The translations under genes were made by a program, and so were the position numbers. 64,000 nt of DNA, taken from contig NC_043009.1 in the NCBI RefSeq assembly GCF_006345805.1, positions 3,224,001-3,288,000 on the forward strand, given 5' to 3'. Within the stretch, counting starts at the first letter, position 1. Every line of letters starts with the position of its first letter. Below are positions 39,860-53,811 of the stretch, in pieces. Origin of the DNA: Octopus sinensis. Lineage: Eukaryota. The notes beneath the pieces were generated by a model, which did not search any database, was not told the DNA's origin, and worked only from the letters and a program-made list of their open reading frames with translations.

Positions 39860-40440
39860 GCATTCAGCTTTGGCATGTTGATAACGCATTGATTTGGTGA
39901 ATTACATGTGTATGTCTTTCAAATTCCTTCCTGCAATTTTCTGTCTAACAGACTTTCTAAGCAAGGTAATCTCTTAATGACCCGCTCACCGCTCGGGCTA
40001 CAGCCATCTACCAGAAAATCAAGGATTTGAAATCTAAAATACTTAGATCTTTGAGAAGCGGTGTGGACTGAGGCATTTTCTTTTTATATCAGAATATCGC
40101 GCCCAAGTTTACTCCTCTGCCATCAAATCGGAAGTAAACATGTCTTAATTGGCTTCAGACGCTCTTAGTGGCTTAGGGTACAACTTCCCCTTTCCTATAA
40201 CAAGTGCGATATCAAATACCGAGGTGTGTGCATTACGCACATTTTTCACTACCCAAGGTCCTCCACCAACTTGTTCAATGTATTGTGACCATAACCTAGT
40301 TGCTCAGCAAGCTCACATTTTCTGACTTATGCCTGCGCGAATCAATTCCCTCACACTCTAGTGATTCCTTTCACTGGTCGCAGGTGATGATGACCTTCGG
40401 CACGGTTTCTCCTTAATTATGGCTTCCCATTCTTAAAAAC
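39860..40440 (-). mobile_element. Highly degenerate mariner transposase relic
   Basis: Across frameshifts: VRELIR...LAEQLGYGHNTLNKLVEDLG**KMCVMHTPRYL and ILI*KENASVHTA (equivalent to LLHDNARPHTA). Confidence 0.55.
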
Positions 40441-40898
40441 CGATTCATCCATTTTTTTTTGGTCTTTTTTCTCTTTTCAATCTATTTTTCCCATTCAACG
40501 ATATGTCGGAACATCTGCATTCCTCCTATGTAAGAACTCAATCAAAGCTCGTTGTTTTTACTTGGATTCTATTATTTGCCTAAGATGAAAAAACAATAAA
40601 GAAGAGGAAAAAGAGTTATTATAGCAGATACTTTATGCTTCCAACTAACAGCGCTACTGGAACCGCCAGTGCACAAAATGTTATGCCAAATTTTGCATTG
40701 TATTCGTTATAGCTCTTATAGACATACAGTCCTATACATGAATGCAAATACATAAATACATATATGCATACATGCATAAATATTTACATACAAACATATA
40801 TATGCATATATACTTACATATACATACATATATACAGACATGCCAACATATTTACATATGTCTATATCTATCTATCCAACTATCTCTCTATCTATCTA

Positions 40899-40985
<87 letters not shown>

Positions 40986-40999
40986 ATTATATATATATA

Positions 41000-41043
<44 letters not shown>

Positions 41044-41050
41044 TATATAT

Positions 41051-41473
41051 ACTCTTTTTACTCTTTTTACTCTTTTTACTTGTTTCAGTCATTTGACTAC
41101 GGCCATGCTGGAGCACCGCCTTTAGTCGAGCAACTCGACCCCGGGACTTATTCTTTTTTTGTAAGCCCAGTGCTTATTCTATCGGTCTCTTTTTTGCCGA
41201 ACCGCTAAGTGACGGGGACCTAAACACACCAGCATCGGTTGTCAAGCAATGCTAGGGGGACAAACACAGACACACAAACAAACACACATACATATATATA
41301 TATACATATATACGACAGGCTTCTTTCAGTTTCCGTCTACCAAATCCACTCACAAGGCTTTGGTCGGCCCGAGGCTATAGCAGAAGACACTTGCCCAAGG
41401 TACCACGCAGTGGGACTGAACCCGGAACCATGTGGTTGGTTAGCAAGCTACTAACCACACAGCCACTCCTGCG

Positions 41474-41476
<3 letters not shown>
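41051..41476 (-). mobile_element. SINE family A, full length
   Basis: Minus-strand head aggcgcaggagtggctgtgtgg...ccgggttcagtccc, CORE-like accttgggcaagtgtctt, internal microsatellite, (taaaaagag)n tail. Confidence 0.92.
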
Positions 41477-41539
<63 letters not shown>

Positions 41540-41926
41540 TATACGTATATATGTATGCATGTATGTATATGTATGTATATATGTATATGGATTTATATAA
41601 TCCAGTGGTAATCACAAAAAACGTTCCTTTAGTGTACCCGACTACAATATACATTGTAAACTAATACATAGAAGTGTGATGTAGATACCTGTGCAGGTGA
41701 GATGCAGTAAATCTAATCGGTGGAGATGATTTCATGAGGAGCATATAGAAAATAAAAAAAGAATTGTCAGGAGGTATCAGGTGGATATTTTTATTTCATC
41801 AGCTGATATCTAAAGGATATCAATAGGGTATGGATTGGTGGAAAATATCTATTTATCTTATATCTTCTGACTCTTTTATATCCTTTACTTCTTTATTTCT
41901 CCCCCTCTCTCTCTCTCTCCCTCTCT

Positions 41927-41966
<40 letters not shown>

Positions 41967-41970
<4 letters not shown>

Positions 41971-42032
41971 CGAACCCACGATCCCTTGACCGCGAGTCCA
42001 CTGCTCTAACCACTAGGCCATGTGCCTCCACA
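41967..42032 (-). mobile_element. Isolated tRNA-like head of SINE family C
   Basis: Minus strand gtggaggcacatggcctagtggttagagcagtggactcgcggtcaagggatcgtgggttcgaatac. There is no acceptor-stem 3' strand, and it runs into (AG)n. Confidence 0.7.
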
Positions 42033-42049
42033 AACTGGTCACATTACGG

Positions 42050-42505
42050 GAAAGTCTAACAGTGTTTCAGGCAGACCCGGATGGTTTCCTTGAATGTTTC
42101 CGTACCCCAAGCTGAATGGTGTATTCATCACCTTGAGCCACCGACAAAGAGACAATCCATGCAGTGGAAAGCCCCCTCCTCACCGGCTACAAAGTTGGAC
42201 AAGTCCGTTTCATCTGCATGGAAGATGATGGCTTCAGTGTTTGAGATGAAAATAGAATTCTGTTCATTGACTATCTTCAAAAGTTCCATACCATAATGGA
42301 ATGTACTGTCCCAATTTGCTGGCACACCTACGCAAGGCTATAAAGACCAGATGATCAGGAAAACTGACAGAAGGGGTCTTGTTTCATGAAGTCAATGCTC
42401 CAGCACAGAATATACGGAATCTCAGTGTGTATTCAATGGCTGCCGTATGTGACCCTGGCTTTGAACTGCTTGATCATTCTCCTGATTTGATCCTGTCTGA
42501 TAATC
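42050..42505 (+). mobile_element. Mariner transposase relic (catalytic region)
   Basis: FQADPDGFLE...IHHLEPPTKRQSMQWK...KMMASVF...ILFIDYLQK...VLFHEVNAPAQ...GFELLDHSPDL (YSPDL-equivalent), with frameshifts. Confidence 0.85.
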
Positions 42506-42510
42506 AACAG

Positions 42511-42741
42511 CTCTTTTTTTACTCTCTTTTACTCTTTTACTTGTTTCAGTCATTTGACTGTGGCCATGCTGGAGCACCGCCTTTAATCGAGCAACTCGAC
42601 CCCGGGACTTATTCTTTGTAAGCCTAGTACTTATTCTATCGGTCTCTTTTGCCGAACCGCTAGGTGACGGGGACATAAACACACCAGCATCGGTTGTCAA
42701 GCGATGTTGGGAGGACAAATACGGACATACAAACATACACG

Positions 42742-42788
<47 letters not shown>

Positions 42789-42964
42789 TATATATACATA
42801 TATATGACGGGCTTCTTTCAGTTTCCGTCTACCAAATCCACTCACAAGGCGTTGGTCGGCCCGAGGCTATAGTAGAAGACACCTGCCCAATGTGCCACGC
42901 AGTGGGACTGAACCCGGAACTATGTGGTTGGTTAGCAAGCTACTTACCACACAGCCACTCCTGC
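42511..42964 (-). mobile_element. SINE family A, full length
   Basis: Collinear with 41051-41476, directly interrupting the mariner relic. Confidence 0.92.
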
Positions 42965-43289
42965 TCTGCATCATGAAAAAAAAAGCACTTGGCTGAAAAG
43001 CAGTATCTTAACGACATTGACGTCATAGCAGCTATGGGATCCAAGAACTGTCATACCGATGGAAGAAATGTGTGAATTACAAGTGGGACTATGGTAACAA
43101 AAATACACCTTTCGTCACATTACATGGTAATACCTTCATGAATCTGTAAACTTTGCAGCCGAACCTTGTAAAAGATAATAAGTAAACGAGCAAAAATTGA
43201 GTGATCAATGAATTCGATAAATTGCATTTATATATAATTTGACATAAAAATCAAACTTTTATATGCATACATACACATACATAAATTTT

Positions 43290-43430
43290 AGGTACCTTAT
43301 TTACCTTTGACGGATATTTGTCCTCATCTTGTTTGCTGCACAACGTTCCGGCTGATATACCTTCCAGCCTTCATCAGGTGTCTTGGAAAATTTCGAACCA
43401 GGGTTCTCATTCTTAAGGTATTTTTCATTG

Positions 43431-43512
<82 letters not shown>

Positions 43513-43543
43513 ATTCAGGTCACCGCCTGAAATCGAAACTGAA

Positions 43544-43599
<56 letters not shown>

Positions 43600-43609
43600 A
43601 TACTACTAC

Positions 43610-43650
<41 letters not shown>

Positions 43651-43695
43651 TTAATAATAATAATAATACTACAACAACAACAACAACTACTACTG

Positions 43696-43737
<42 letters not shown>

Positions 43738-43925
43738 ATAACAATAATAATAATAATAATGATAATAATAATAATAATAACAACAACAACAATATCGAAA
43801 ATACCTTAGGAATGAGAACCCAGTTTCGTAATTTCCCCAAGAAACAAGATTAGGACAAAATTCCGTCAAATATAAATAATGTAAATAAAGTACATAATTC
43901 CTCTTCTCTAAAATATAGAACTGAA
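43290..43925. mobile_element. Head-to-head pair of Penelope-like (hammerhead-bearing) repeats with (AAT)/(ACT)/(AAC) arrays
   Basis: 43290-43415 (minus) and 43795-43925 (plus) share aaataccttaggaatgagaaccc...ccaaga...aacaagatgaggacaaa.tccgtcaaa, which is also homologous to 32022-32168. Confidence 0.7.
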
Positions 43926-44824
43926 TTATAAATTTTAGGGTTTACCCCGTGTTTTCACATTTTGACTTGAAGATTCTTATACAAGTAGGACAGTAAAACT
44001 ATCTCCAGACGCGATAAAAATAAGCACCATACTTCAATGTTTTCGAACCGATAGAAGTTGATTCAAATATCTTCAGAGTTACATCAGTACTTAGTGGAAT
44101 CAAATTGAGGGTGAGGACCACAAACCATTATAAATTTAAACTTATAGACAGGAACGAAATTATTTCGCTTGGCTCGAAATTATAAGTTTGATTTCTTTTT
44201 TAATATGACTGATATAATGTGAGATTTAAATGAACTATTATAAGTTAAATATAGTAAAATGAATAGGTAAAACTTTAATGAATTGAAGTTATGGAAGTGC
44301 CAATTAGTGTAACTTATCATGGTGTAATCAGCTGATGATAGGGATTAACAATATGAATGGAAGATTGTATCTCATAATAGGATAAATCCGAGGAGAGAAG
44401 TGAAGAATGTGCAATTGCATCTGTTAAAGTCTTAAGTATTATTACACTCAATCATGCCATCCTATAATTTCCAGTCTTTCAGCGGATTGTTACTTAAGAG
44501 GCGACAATACTGAATAATTCAGAACTGATATGTAAATACCCTGGGAATAAGAAGCCTTTTCAACTACTTTATTATATGTTACGAGTCTTTAGTTTACCCG
44601 AGGTGATGTAGTGAAATTTAACGAAATCAAATTCTATAAACTTTGAGTTTATTTCTGGTATTCTTGAACATATTCTAACTGTACAACTATTATTTCAGTT
44701 TTGTATGTTGATTCCTTTCGAAGCTTTCTTAACAAATAATCAGGTTTTGCATAGAGTCTTGACGTGTGACTAAGCATCACAAATTCGTCTGTGTTGACGG
44801 GTTCCAATTTGGCTTCAATATGTA

Positions 44825-45011
44825 AGCCGAATTTCGTCTGTCGTTACGTTCCGAGTTCAAATTCTGCCGAGGTCGACTTTGCCTTTCATCCTCTCGGGGT
44901 CTATAAATTAAGTACCAGTTACACACTGGGGTGGATGTAATCGACTTAATCCCATTGTCTGTCCTTCTTTGTCCCCTCTGTGTTTAGCTCCTTGTGGGTA
45001 GCAAAGAAATA
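44825..45011 (+). mobile_element. SINE family B, 5' truncated
   Basis: atttcgtctgtcgttacgttccgagttcaaattctgccgaggtcgactttgcctttcatcc...ccttgtgggtagcaaagaaat. Confidence 0.9.
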
Positions 45012-45044
45012 AATATGTATATATACATACACACACACACACAC

Positions 45045-45090
<46 letters not shown>

Positions 45091-45897
45091 AATTTAAATA
45101 ATGAGGGTAGAAATTAATACTTCTAAACAATATTAATTTAAAACATAGCCAGCATAATTAAAAACTGTCCGAAGACTATAAATTATATTTCAATATATAA
45201 TCAAGTGAAAGAACCACCAGTTGGCTACATAATATGCTAGAAATAGACACCAACTCACCTTACCCCGAAGAATATTTTCTCAAAATTAGCATACGGTAGA
45301 TGTTTGGGAGCAAGATAAATGAAGGGAAACACAAGGAAAGAGTTAATCTCATACCTTAAAGTTTCGCAATTAATAATTAAATAAGTAATTATCTACAGTT
45401 CATCAGTGAGATCGCCGCAGACACATAAACAATAAAAATAGATACTAATCGCGTCTTTGATAGGGCACGTGCGTATAGAGTTCTACAATCATGCATTTAA
45501 ATATCCATGCAAATGCCTTCATACTAGCACGCCAAACCAGAAAAAACTCTGTAGAACAATAAATCACCGCAGCGAATCCACTGACTCGAGAACAGGACTA
45601 ATTAAAATTAAAATAACGAAGGTAGAAATTAATATTATTAAATAATATTAAATAAGAAAAAGAAGAACCACCAGGCGGTTTCCTAATATGCTAGAAATAG
45701 ACACCAAATCGTCTTACCACAAAGACTGTGTTCTCAAAATTAACATGAGAACAAGACAAATGAAAAGAAACAAAAGAAAGCAGTTTTGAGAATATATTCT
45801 TCGTGGTAAAACGATTTGTTGTCTATTTCTGGCATATTATGAAGTCACCTGGTGGTTCTTCCTCTCATATATATATATATACATATATATATATATT

Positions 45898-45967
<70 letters not shown>

Positions 45968-47295
45968 ATGTATGTATTATGTATGTGTGTGAGTAGCTTC
46001 GATCTGTACGGACCATAGCTCTGTAAGTTCCTGTTGCTCCCTCTTGCTATAAACCTTACGTATATATATATATATATATATCGGTTGTGAGTAACACAGT
46101 ATTCGAGCGAGGCAATATTATTTTAATGAATTCCTTAATTCGTATACATCATGACGTCTATTTGAAAATACTAGTGTTCTGCTTCCCAAAATTTCAGGGC
46201 CACTCTTTTCTGTAGATGGAAAATACACGTATCTATCTTTAATATTTTTTCTTTTACTGATAATCATCACAACAACTACTTTCTCCATCTCGCACATACA
46301 TTAGCCTTGATTATTTCTCATCCATTTTTGCTTATAATATACATATTATTTTCCTCTTTGCTCACAGCCGTTTCCTTTACGAAATATATAAATGCCGGAG
46401 AATACAATATATACATTTATTACACTATTTCCTACAGGAAACGTATGTATATCTTTCTGAATTAAGAATCTAAATTTGCGTATCCCTTAAGCAGATAACG
46501 CGTAGTAAGTGAGTATAGAATAAACTAAAAATAAAATATAACTATTTTATGTTTCATCTTTGCCTGTTCATTTTCACTTAAACCGTTATTCATTCTCATA
46601 CTTCAGGCCCTATCATCTTATCTTTCTCTGATCTATCCATACCCCACCCGACGTCGCCTGCAGCACGTTCCTTCTCCAAATGTATAAGCAACGGCATACA
46701 AAGCACCGTACATATTTTTACACCAAGTCCTTACATGATATTTCTACTCTATGCTTCTGAATTCAAAATTCGAAGTTGCATATGCATTAAGCTGAAAACT
46801 CGCAACAAGCCAAACTAATTATTATCACACACCCTTTCTCGGAAGCATAAAATATGTTCCACAACATTAAAAAGTACAAAACTTCAACATGGAAAGTATA
46901 AGCGAAGGAGAAGTAGTTCAGCAGCTTGGCATTTATTCTATTTGATATTTTACATCGTTCCTTCTTACTATATATATTTTTTTTTTATGGATATGCTTTA
47001 CATAGCGGTAAGTACAGAACATACGAGAAATATTGTTAACAGATACGAATATGATATCACTTAAATAATAAAATTAGAATATCGAATTGGAAATGACAAG
47101 AACATCGAACTAATGTAATTTTCACTGAGCAAATGAAAATAAAGGAAAATAACCAAAAGAAAGACGATGATAGAATTATATGTCAGACTAACTTAAGTGA
47201 GACACCAAGCAGGATGATATTTGGAGGAGTAAATCAAATAATGCACGTTAACAACGTAAGAGCTTTCTGTCAATTACTAATTGGTGATATATATG

Positions 47296-47356
47296 TACGT
47301 ATGTATGTATGTATGTATGTAATGTATGTATGTATGTATGTATGCATGTATGTATG

Positions 47357-47390
<34 letters not shown>

Positions 47391-47600
47391 TGTACGTATG
47401 TATGTATGTATGTGTGTATGTATGTATGTATGTATGTACGTATGTATGTATGTATGTATGTATGTATGTACGTATGTATGTATGTATGTATGCATGTATG
47501 TATGCATGTATGTATGTATGTTTGTATGTATGTATGTATGTATGCATGTATGTATGCATGTATGTATGCATGTATGTATGTATGTTTGTATGTATGTACA
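47296..47600. repeat. (TATG)n tetranucleotide array
   Basis: About 300 bp of gtat units with occasional gcat/gtac variants. Confidence 0.95.
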
Positions 47601-47657
47601 TATATACATACGTCTGTATATATATATATATACTTACATATACATATTCATTTATAG

Positions 47658-47721
<64 letters not shown>

Positions 47722-48013
47722 CATAGGTACACATATATATATGTATGTGTATATGTGATTCTATGAATACATATACGTGTGTATGTATGTTTGCATATCT
47801 GTATGTGTGTATAAAATCAATCACGTGTGCGCATATTTTGCGCACACACTCGTACACACACACACTCATATATATATATATATATATATATCATGTATAT
47901 GTATATGCATGTAATATATGTATATATATATATATTTGTATATATATCTATGTATATATATATATCATATATATATATCAATGTATCTATAAGTGTATAA
48001 CGATAAATATACT

Positions 48014-48069
<56 letters not shown>

Positions 48070-48407
48070 TGTGTATGTCTATTTATATATGTATGTTTGT
48101 ATATACATAAACATATGCATATAATGCATACATGTGAACCTTAATTCACACACGTTCACACTCTCATACAAAGGTACATAAGTAGTGAGAGATAGCGAGG
48201 GAGGGAAGGAAGGAGAGAAAGACAAAGAGAAGAGGAGAGAGGACATAATTGCTTATGATATGGATGTGAATGTAATACATGGATACGTCTATATATATAA
48301 ATGAATATATACACACAAAAATATAGAGAGAGAGCATGGATAGACGGATGAACAGATAGATAGATAGTTAGGTAGATAGATAGATAAATATATATATATT
48401 ATATATA

Positions 48408-48473
<66 letters not shown>

Positions 48474-48766
48474 TGATAGATAGATAGAATGAGACAGAGA
48501 TAAAGCGATAGTTATAGAGGGATATGTTGATAGATAGATTAATAACTGAAAAGATCTATGTATAAAAAATAATATATGAGCAGCTTTGAATAAATTTCCG
48601 TAAGCGCATGCGCGTTAATTTGCTTTCTGCTATATTGTGTGCGCATACACACACACACAAATATATAAATTTATATGCATATGTATATATACCCACACAC
48701 GTGTATATATATTACCTATATAGATATAAGTATATATATATATATATATATATAAGCATATATATA

Positions 48767-48851
<85 letters not shown>

Positions 48852-48886
48852 AGCATATATATAAATAATATATATATATATTCATA

Positions 48887-48923
<37 letters not shown>

Positions 48924-49565
48924 TACATATGTATACATACATAACTACATATACATGCATAGAGAAGTATATACGAATGCACGCATGCATAAGTACATAT
49001 ATATGTGTTTGTGTGTGTATTTATATATATGCATGTATGTGTGTATATATATATGTGTGTGTGTGTGTGTATGTGTGTGTGTATGTATGTATACATATTT
49101 CTTGTATTCATATATGTGCAGTTGCGAGTGTCATTATTTGAATAGTGAGTGAAAGAGAGATGAGAAGAGAACCTGAAGGACATAGAAAATGAAGGCCAGA
49201 TTAAGATAATGCAAAGCGAAACTTATATTTCATATGCCGACAAACAAATCGTGTATTTTCGTCTACACGCAAATTGCAGTCGATGAAGACTCGTTTAAAG
49301 CATTCATCATTCACTGGCTATGTCATTGCTCGTAATCTGATATTACACATTTCTCGCTGTTATTATCTTTGATGAAATAATATCGCTCTATTTGTGATAT
49401 GTTTTCCGCTTCTTTTAATGGAGATTCCATTGGCATCTGTGCAACGCTTGTAATTATTCGGACAATTAAACTCATCTTTGACGATGAAACAGTTTCCACT
49501 GTTTTCATCTATTTTATGTTTGCTATCAGCCTGATCTCTAACCGACATTAAGCTTATCATTTCTG

Positions 49566-49657
<92 letters not shown>

Positions 49658-49663
49658 TATATA

Positions 49664-49890
49664 TACTGGAGTAAGCGCATAAATCTGAAACAAGGTGGAA
49701 ACAAGAGTACTCAAATACCAGAAGTAGAGTAATATGCTTTATTTAAAAGCAGCAGAAATATAACAAAAGCTGTTACTCAGAGTTTCACGTTGCCGTTCGT
49801 CGGATTGTTTTTTTTTAACAAAACTGTCCGACGAACGGGAACGTGAAACTCTGAGTAACATCTTTTGTTATATTTCTGCAGCTTGTAAAT
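49664..49890. mobile_element. Fold-back pair of a second hammerhead-bearing (Penelope-like) repeat
   Basis: Arms at about 49748-49810 and 49820-49885 are near-perfect reverse complements around a T-rich spacer. Confidence 0.7.
49824..49861 (+). ncRNA. Minimal type I hammerhead ribozyme motif (U4C core variant)
   Basis: ctgt-CCGACGA-acg(ggaa)cgt-GAAA-ctc(t)gag-TA-acat: stem II of 3 bp, stem III ACTC/GAGT, GUA cleavage triplet. The mirror copy on the minus strand (49770-49807) supplies acag, completing stem I. Confidence 0.55.
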
Positions 49891-52800
49891 ATAGTTTATA
49901 TATATATATGGTTAAAGTGAGCATGTATAAAAATACGTAATCTCATGGTGATCGTAGTGATATCTGAAGAAATCCTAATTTAGAAATTTAGTTTGAAAAA
50001 TAAGGTCAGTTTTAACTTTCTAAACACCTCATTACACTCCTTTAAGCAGATGAATATAATTTACAGTCTTATATCTCAAGTAATATATTAAATTCTGCTT
50101 GGACATATTTGCATTTGGCAGACGCCATATCTGCCTAAGCAGAAAATCCAGGTATTGTACACTCACACGATTAAAATATGCACTAATAAGTATTAGCTAG
50201 ACTTCGCTCCGTTGATGAGGCCAAATAATAATGAAACTGATTCTAAATTGTCACCCTTGATAATGAAGCGCCTAGTCGTTTTGCACTATTTGCTCCGGTT
50301 TATATATTCAGTTATTTGATTTTCGTAGCTATTTTCCTTGATCTTAACAGGAATAATCTCATATCATTACTGTTTATTACGAATGTAATTAGAACTGATA
50401 AAATTTTTTTTTTTTGGACTTCATTAGATATGGTGTATAATAAATAACTAAATTCATGAAAATATTACCCTAGTCATTGTGTGTATTCTTTATTGTTTCC
50501 GCCATGGATATTTTGTCGCTCGGTAGTATACTTGGCAAACAGAACGAAGATTATGCTACGATATAAAGCTTCAATAATAACGAAAAATGTTCGATTTTAT
50601 TCCCCACCTTGAAAAGAATCACTTATATTTCCGACAGTATTTTATCTCATTCATTTTGATTTTATCTCACTTATTTTCCATGTTTTTCAGAAGAATTATT
50701 GCCGTTAGTATTTTATTTATTCCTACGCTAGGAGGATACTTCTGGTTGATAAATTATTTTGGGTTCATTCCAAAATGCATGCTACCCCCACAAGTAATAG
50801 TACTTAATACTTACGTTAATATATAACAGCTATTTTCTTAAGAAATCTTAGCAGGATCATTCTTAATATGTTTGTTATTTAACATTCATTCAAATTTAAC
50901 TGAGCAGAACAATGGCCAACGGAATTCCATCCCTGGTCATTCTGCTCTATTCCGATGTGTCTTAAATATATGTTATTCTGCACGATCTTCTTAAATATAT
51001 GTTATTAAGCATATTGGCCCCGATCAAGTGTCACTTCTTGTACTGCAACAGGCATTGAGAGTTCCCTTGCAAATCCACACTATATTAATAAAGTGTATTT
51101 GAATGCTTCTTTATATTAGAGAAGGCTGTACATTCAGTAGTCGCATAGCTTGAACATATTGCTTCAAACCAATCATATCGAGGAAATATCTAAATAACCC
51201 TCCCTCAATATTTCAGGAACTACAAACATCCTCCATGCACAGACTAGATATATTACATCAATCATGTAATGAAGAGGCATTATGAAGGTGCCATGGATTC
51301 TCTTTTTATGTCACAAACACAAAATCCTTACATATTTGAGAAATTAAACACCCGAAATTCACCATCATTTGTGATACGATTGTAACCTTCATGTTAGCGG
51401 TAATATTAGTAAATACTTTCCGTTCACTCGATACTTATCACATATCCTAAGCAGTACGAAGGCCTTCCTCTTCAGGACGAAGTTTACTGGAACTGTATCT
51501 ACTCCGATAATGAAATAGTATATTACACGTAGAATTTATTTGTTTTAACTATAATTAAACATAAAGGAAGATCATTTGTGTTTCAAAACAACAGTGGGGT
51601 ATAATACTTTCTACATATGTTGCCTTTTCCTTAAATAATAGTAATATGCGTAATTTCTTAAATAAGTCTCACAACTTCAGATTGTATATCATTACGTAAA
51701 TGAAATAAGCTAATCTTGCACCTTCTTCAAAGAGTGTATGGAATATAAAACATTTTGAAATTAATATGGTTCCAAACGGAAACCAATTTGGAAATTTAGT
51801 TTACTTAGATTTTACCGTAAGTAAATGACGAAGATGAGGCATGCGCAAATATATTCACGAAGTTTGAGCAGGTGTGAATGGTGTTTTTGTAAGCTAAACA
51901 TTCCCCTAGATAATTAACATTCACAGAGAAGCAATCCCAAGTGAATTTTGAGATTAACTAGGGGATTATTGAAAATTAGTCACAACTCTCGTGAGAATTA
52001 GTTACTTAAAACAGAACACATCTTCCATATATAGAAGATTATGGCGAATAATAGTCATAATAATTATGACGATGATCACTTATGGGATGTCCTTAGTTCA
52101 AACGAACTTAGAGTGTAAAATATATTTAGAAGGGTAAATCAAAGATGAAGGACAACTGTAAAAATCGCAAATCAGTGTATCATACGCGTTTACTCTAGCA
52201 ATGCCCCGCCCAGCATTGAAAATATCAAGCTATTAAATAGCTATAATTAAACTATATTTATAACCGACATTATTCTTCAATTCCAATTCGTCAAAATAAA
52301 ATTTCATTGCAAGACAGTGAGCTGATGCCCGCAAAAATACAACGGCAATATTGTGGCGAAGAACGAAACATTTGTTAATTAACAAAACCGCACTGGCTTA
52401 AAAAAAAACATGTTTATCTCTAGCTTGATCACAATAATTAGTTTAATTGTATGCTTCACATCCTTAGGTGCCTCTCATGTGATAGCTTGCAAAATCTTGT
52501 TCAGTGATTGTAAGTTACGACGCACAGAAATTTACTCTCGTTCTACAAATATTTCGAATGCAATATGTATTGTAAGGTAGCCTTCTGACCATACTTGTAA
52601 ATATTTCTACAGTGGATTTAGTGATCTTTCTTTTATACTACTCCAGTGTATATGCGCTATATTTCTAAACTAGCAGCCATCATAAATTCAAGCCATTGTT
52701 TCATATTCGACTATCTTAAGATCTTACTCTATCAACACTACAGTGAAGTATTTCCATCTGATATAAGTATGGAATTTCTTCAAAGGAAATGTTCATGCTT

Positions 52801-53811
52801 TATATACGAATGTGTGAGAACTGCCTTCTAAGCGAAAAACCCCAATGATCGTTTTGCTTCTCTTGTTCTACACAGTGAGTGTAACAAATAACTGGGTACA
52901 GAAGAAATGTACCACACAACGATATGCAAAGAATAAAAATAGAATCAAAGACAATAACCATACCATCCTTGAACAAAATGATACCAGTTGAAGCTTAGTT
53001 CTTATAACAAATACAACTTTGCACAATGTATCTTCTTAGTACCAGCGTATGAGAATTTAATATGGTGCTATACATTATACACAATGCATTGGTAGTAACA
53101 CTCGTGAACATCCTCATAGTAAGTGGTATCGATATGTTCTATTCGAAAGAAAAGGCCACACTTAGTCATCGAGTGTGAAAGTGCAGGCATTAGATATTCT
53201 CTGCAGAGCAACGTGAACTAAAATAGGTACTTCTACAATATCTTAAAAACTAATAAAAAGTAATAATAACAAAGCAGCATGTCTAGATATTATATTTCGA
53301 GTTCATATGTTGTGTAGGAGAGAAAATAAAACACCTGAGATTTTAGTTTGTGAGTTCTTACTTCTTAATGATAAATATATACAGGAGCAGACAAGAAGGC
53401 AATACTATACTTCTGTATTGGCAGAAATGGAGTTGATCTTTTATATCCTTTCACATAAAGCTTTTAAAAGATGTGTGGTATCGCAACGTCTGTCAAATTT
53501 TCAACGTCAAGTACGAGATAACACTGCAGACCACATTATTACATCACATGCAAGTCCGGGCGATCATACCACAATACACTGCAAGAGAATTTTTCAGAGT
53601 CATTAGCATATATATATATTATATATATATATATATATATACCCTCACATGTATGGCCCACGCTACTAAAAGTTTTCACGCACATGGAAGCCATGCACGT
53701 TCTTCAGGCGGCAGCCGTGCCATAGGATTTAAGCCGTTTAAATATTCTTTTTGTTGAACCTGGACTTACGGACCTATTCATGATATATATATATGTATAT
53801 ATATAATGAAT

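Noticed and set aside
43430-43790. CRISPR-like or coding repeat array
   Set aside because: These are simple trinucleotide repeats without unique spacers, in a eukaryotic context.
45165-45215. Minus-strand GAAA-tataatttata-GTC, resembling hammerhead stem III and cleavage site
   Set aside because: No CUGANGA or stem II upstream, and the stem III register is off by one base.
49363-49564. Minus-strand open frame EMISLMSVRDQAD...FHQR
   Set aside because: The acceptor lies in a (TA)n tract, there is no credible donor before the stop, and a terminal exon here would conflict with the downstream candidates.
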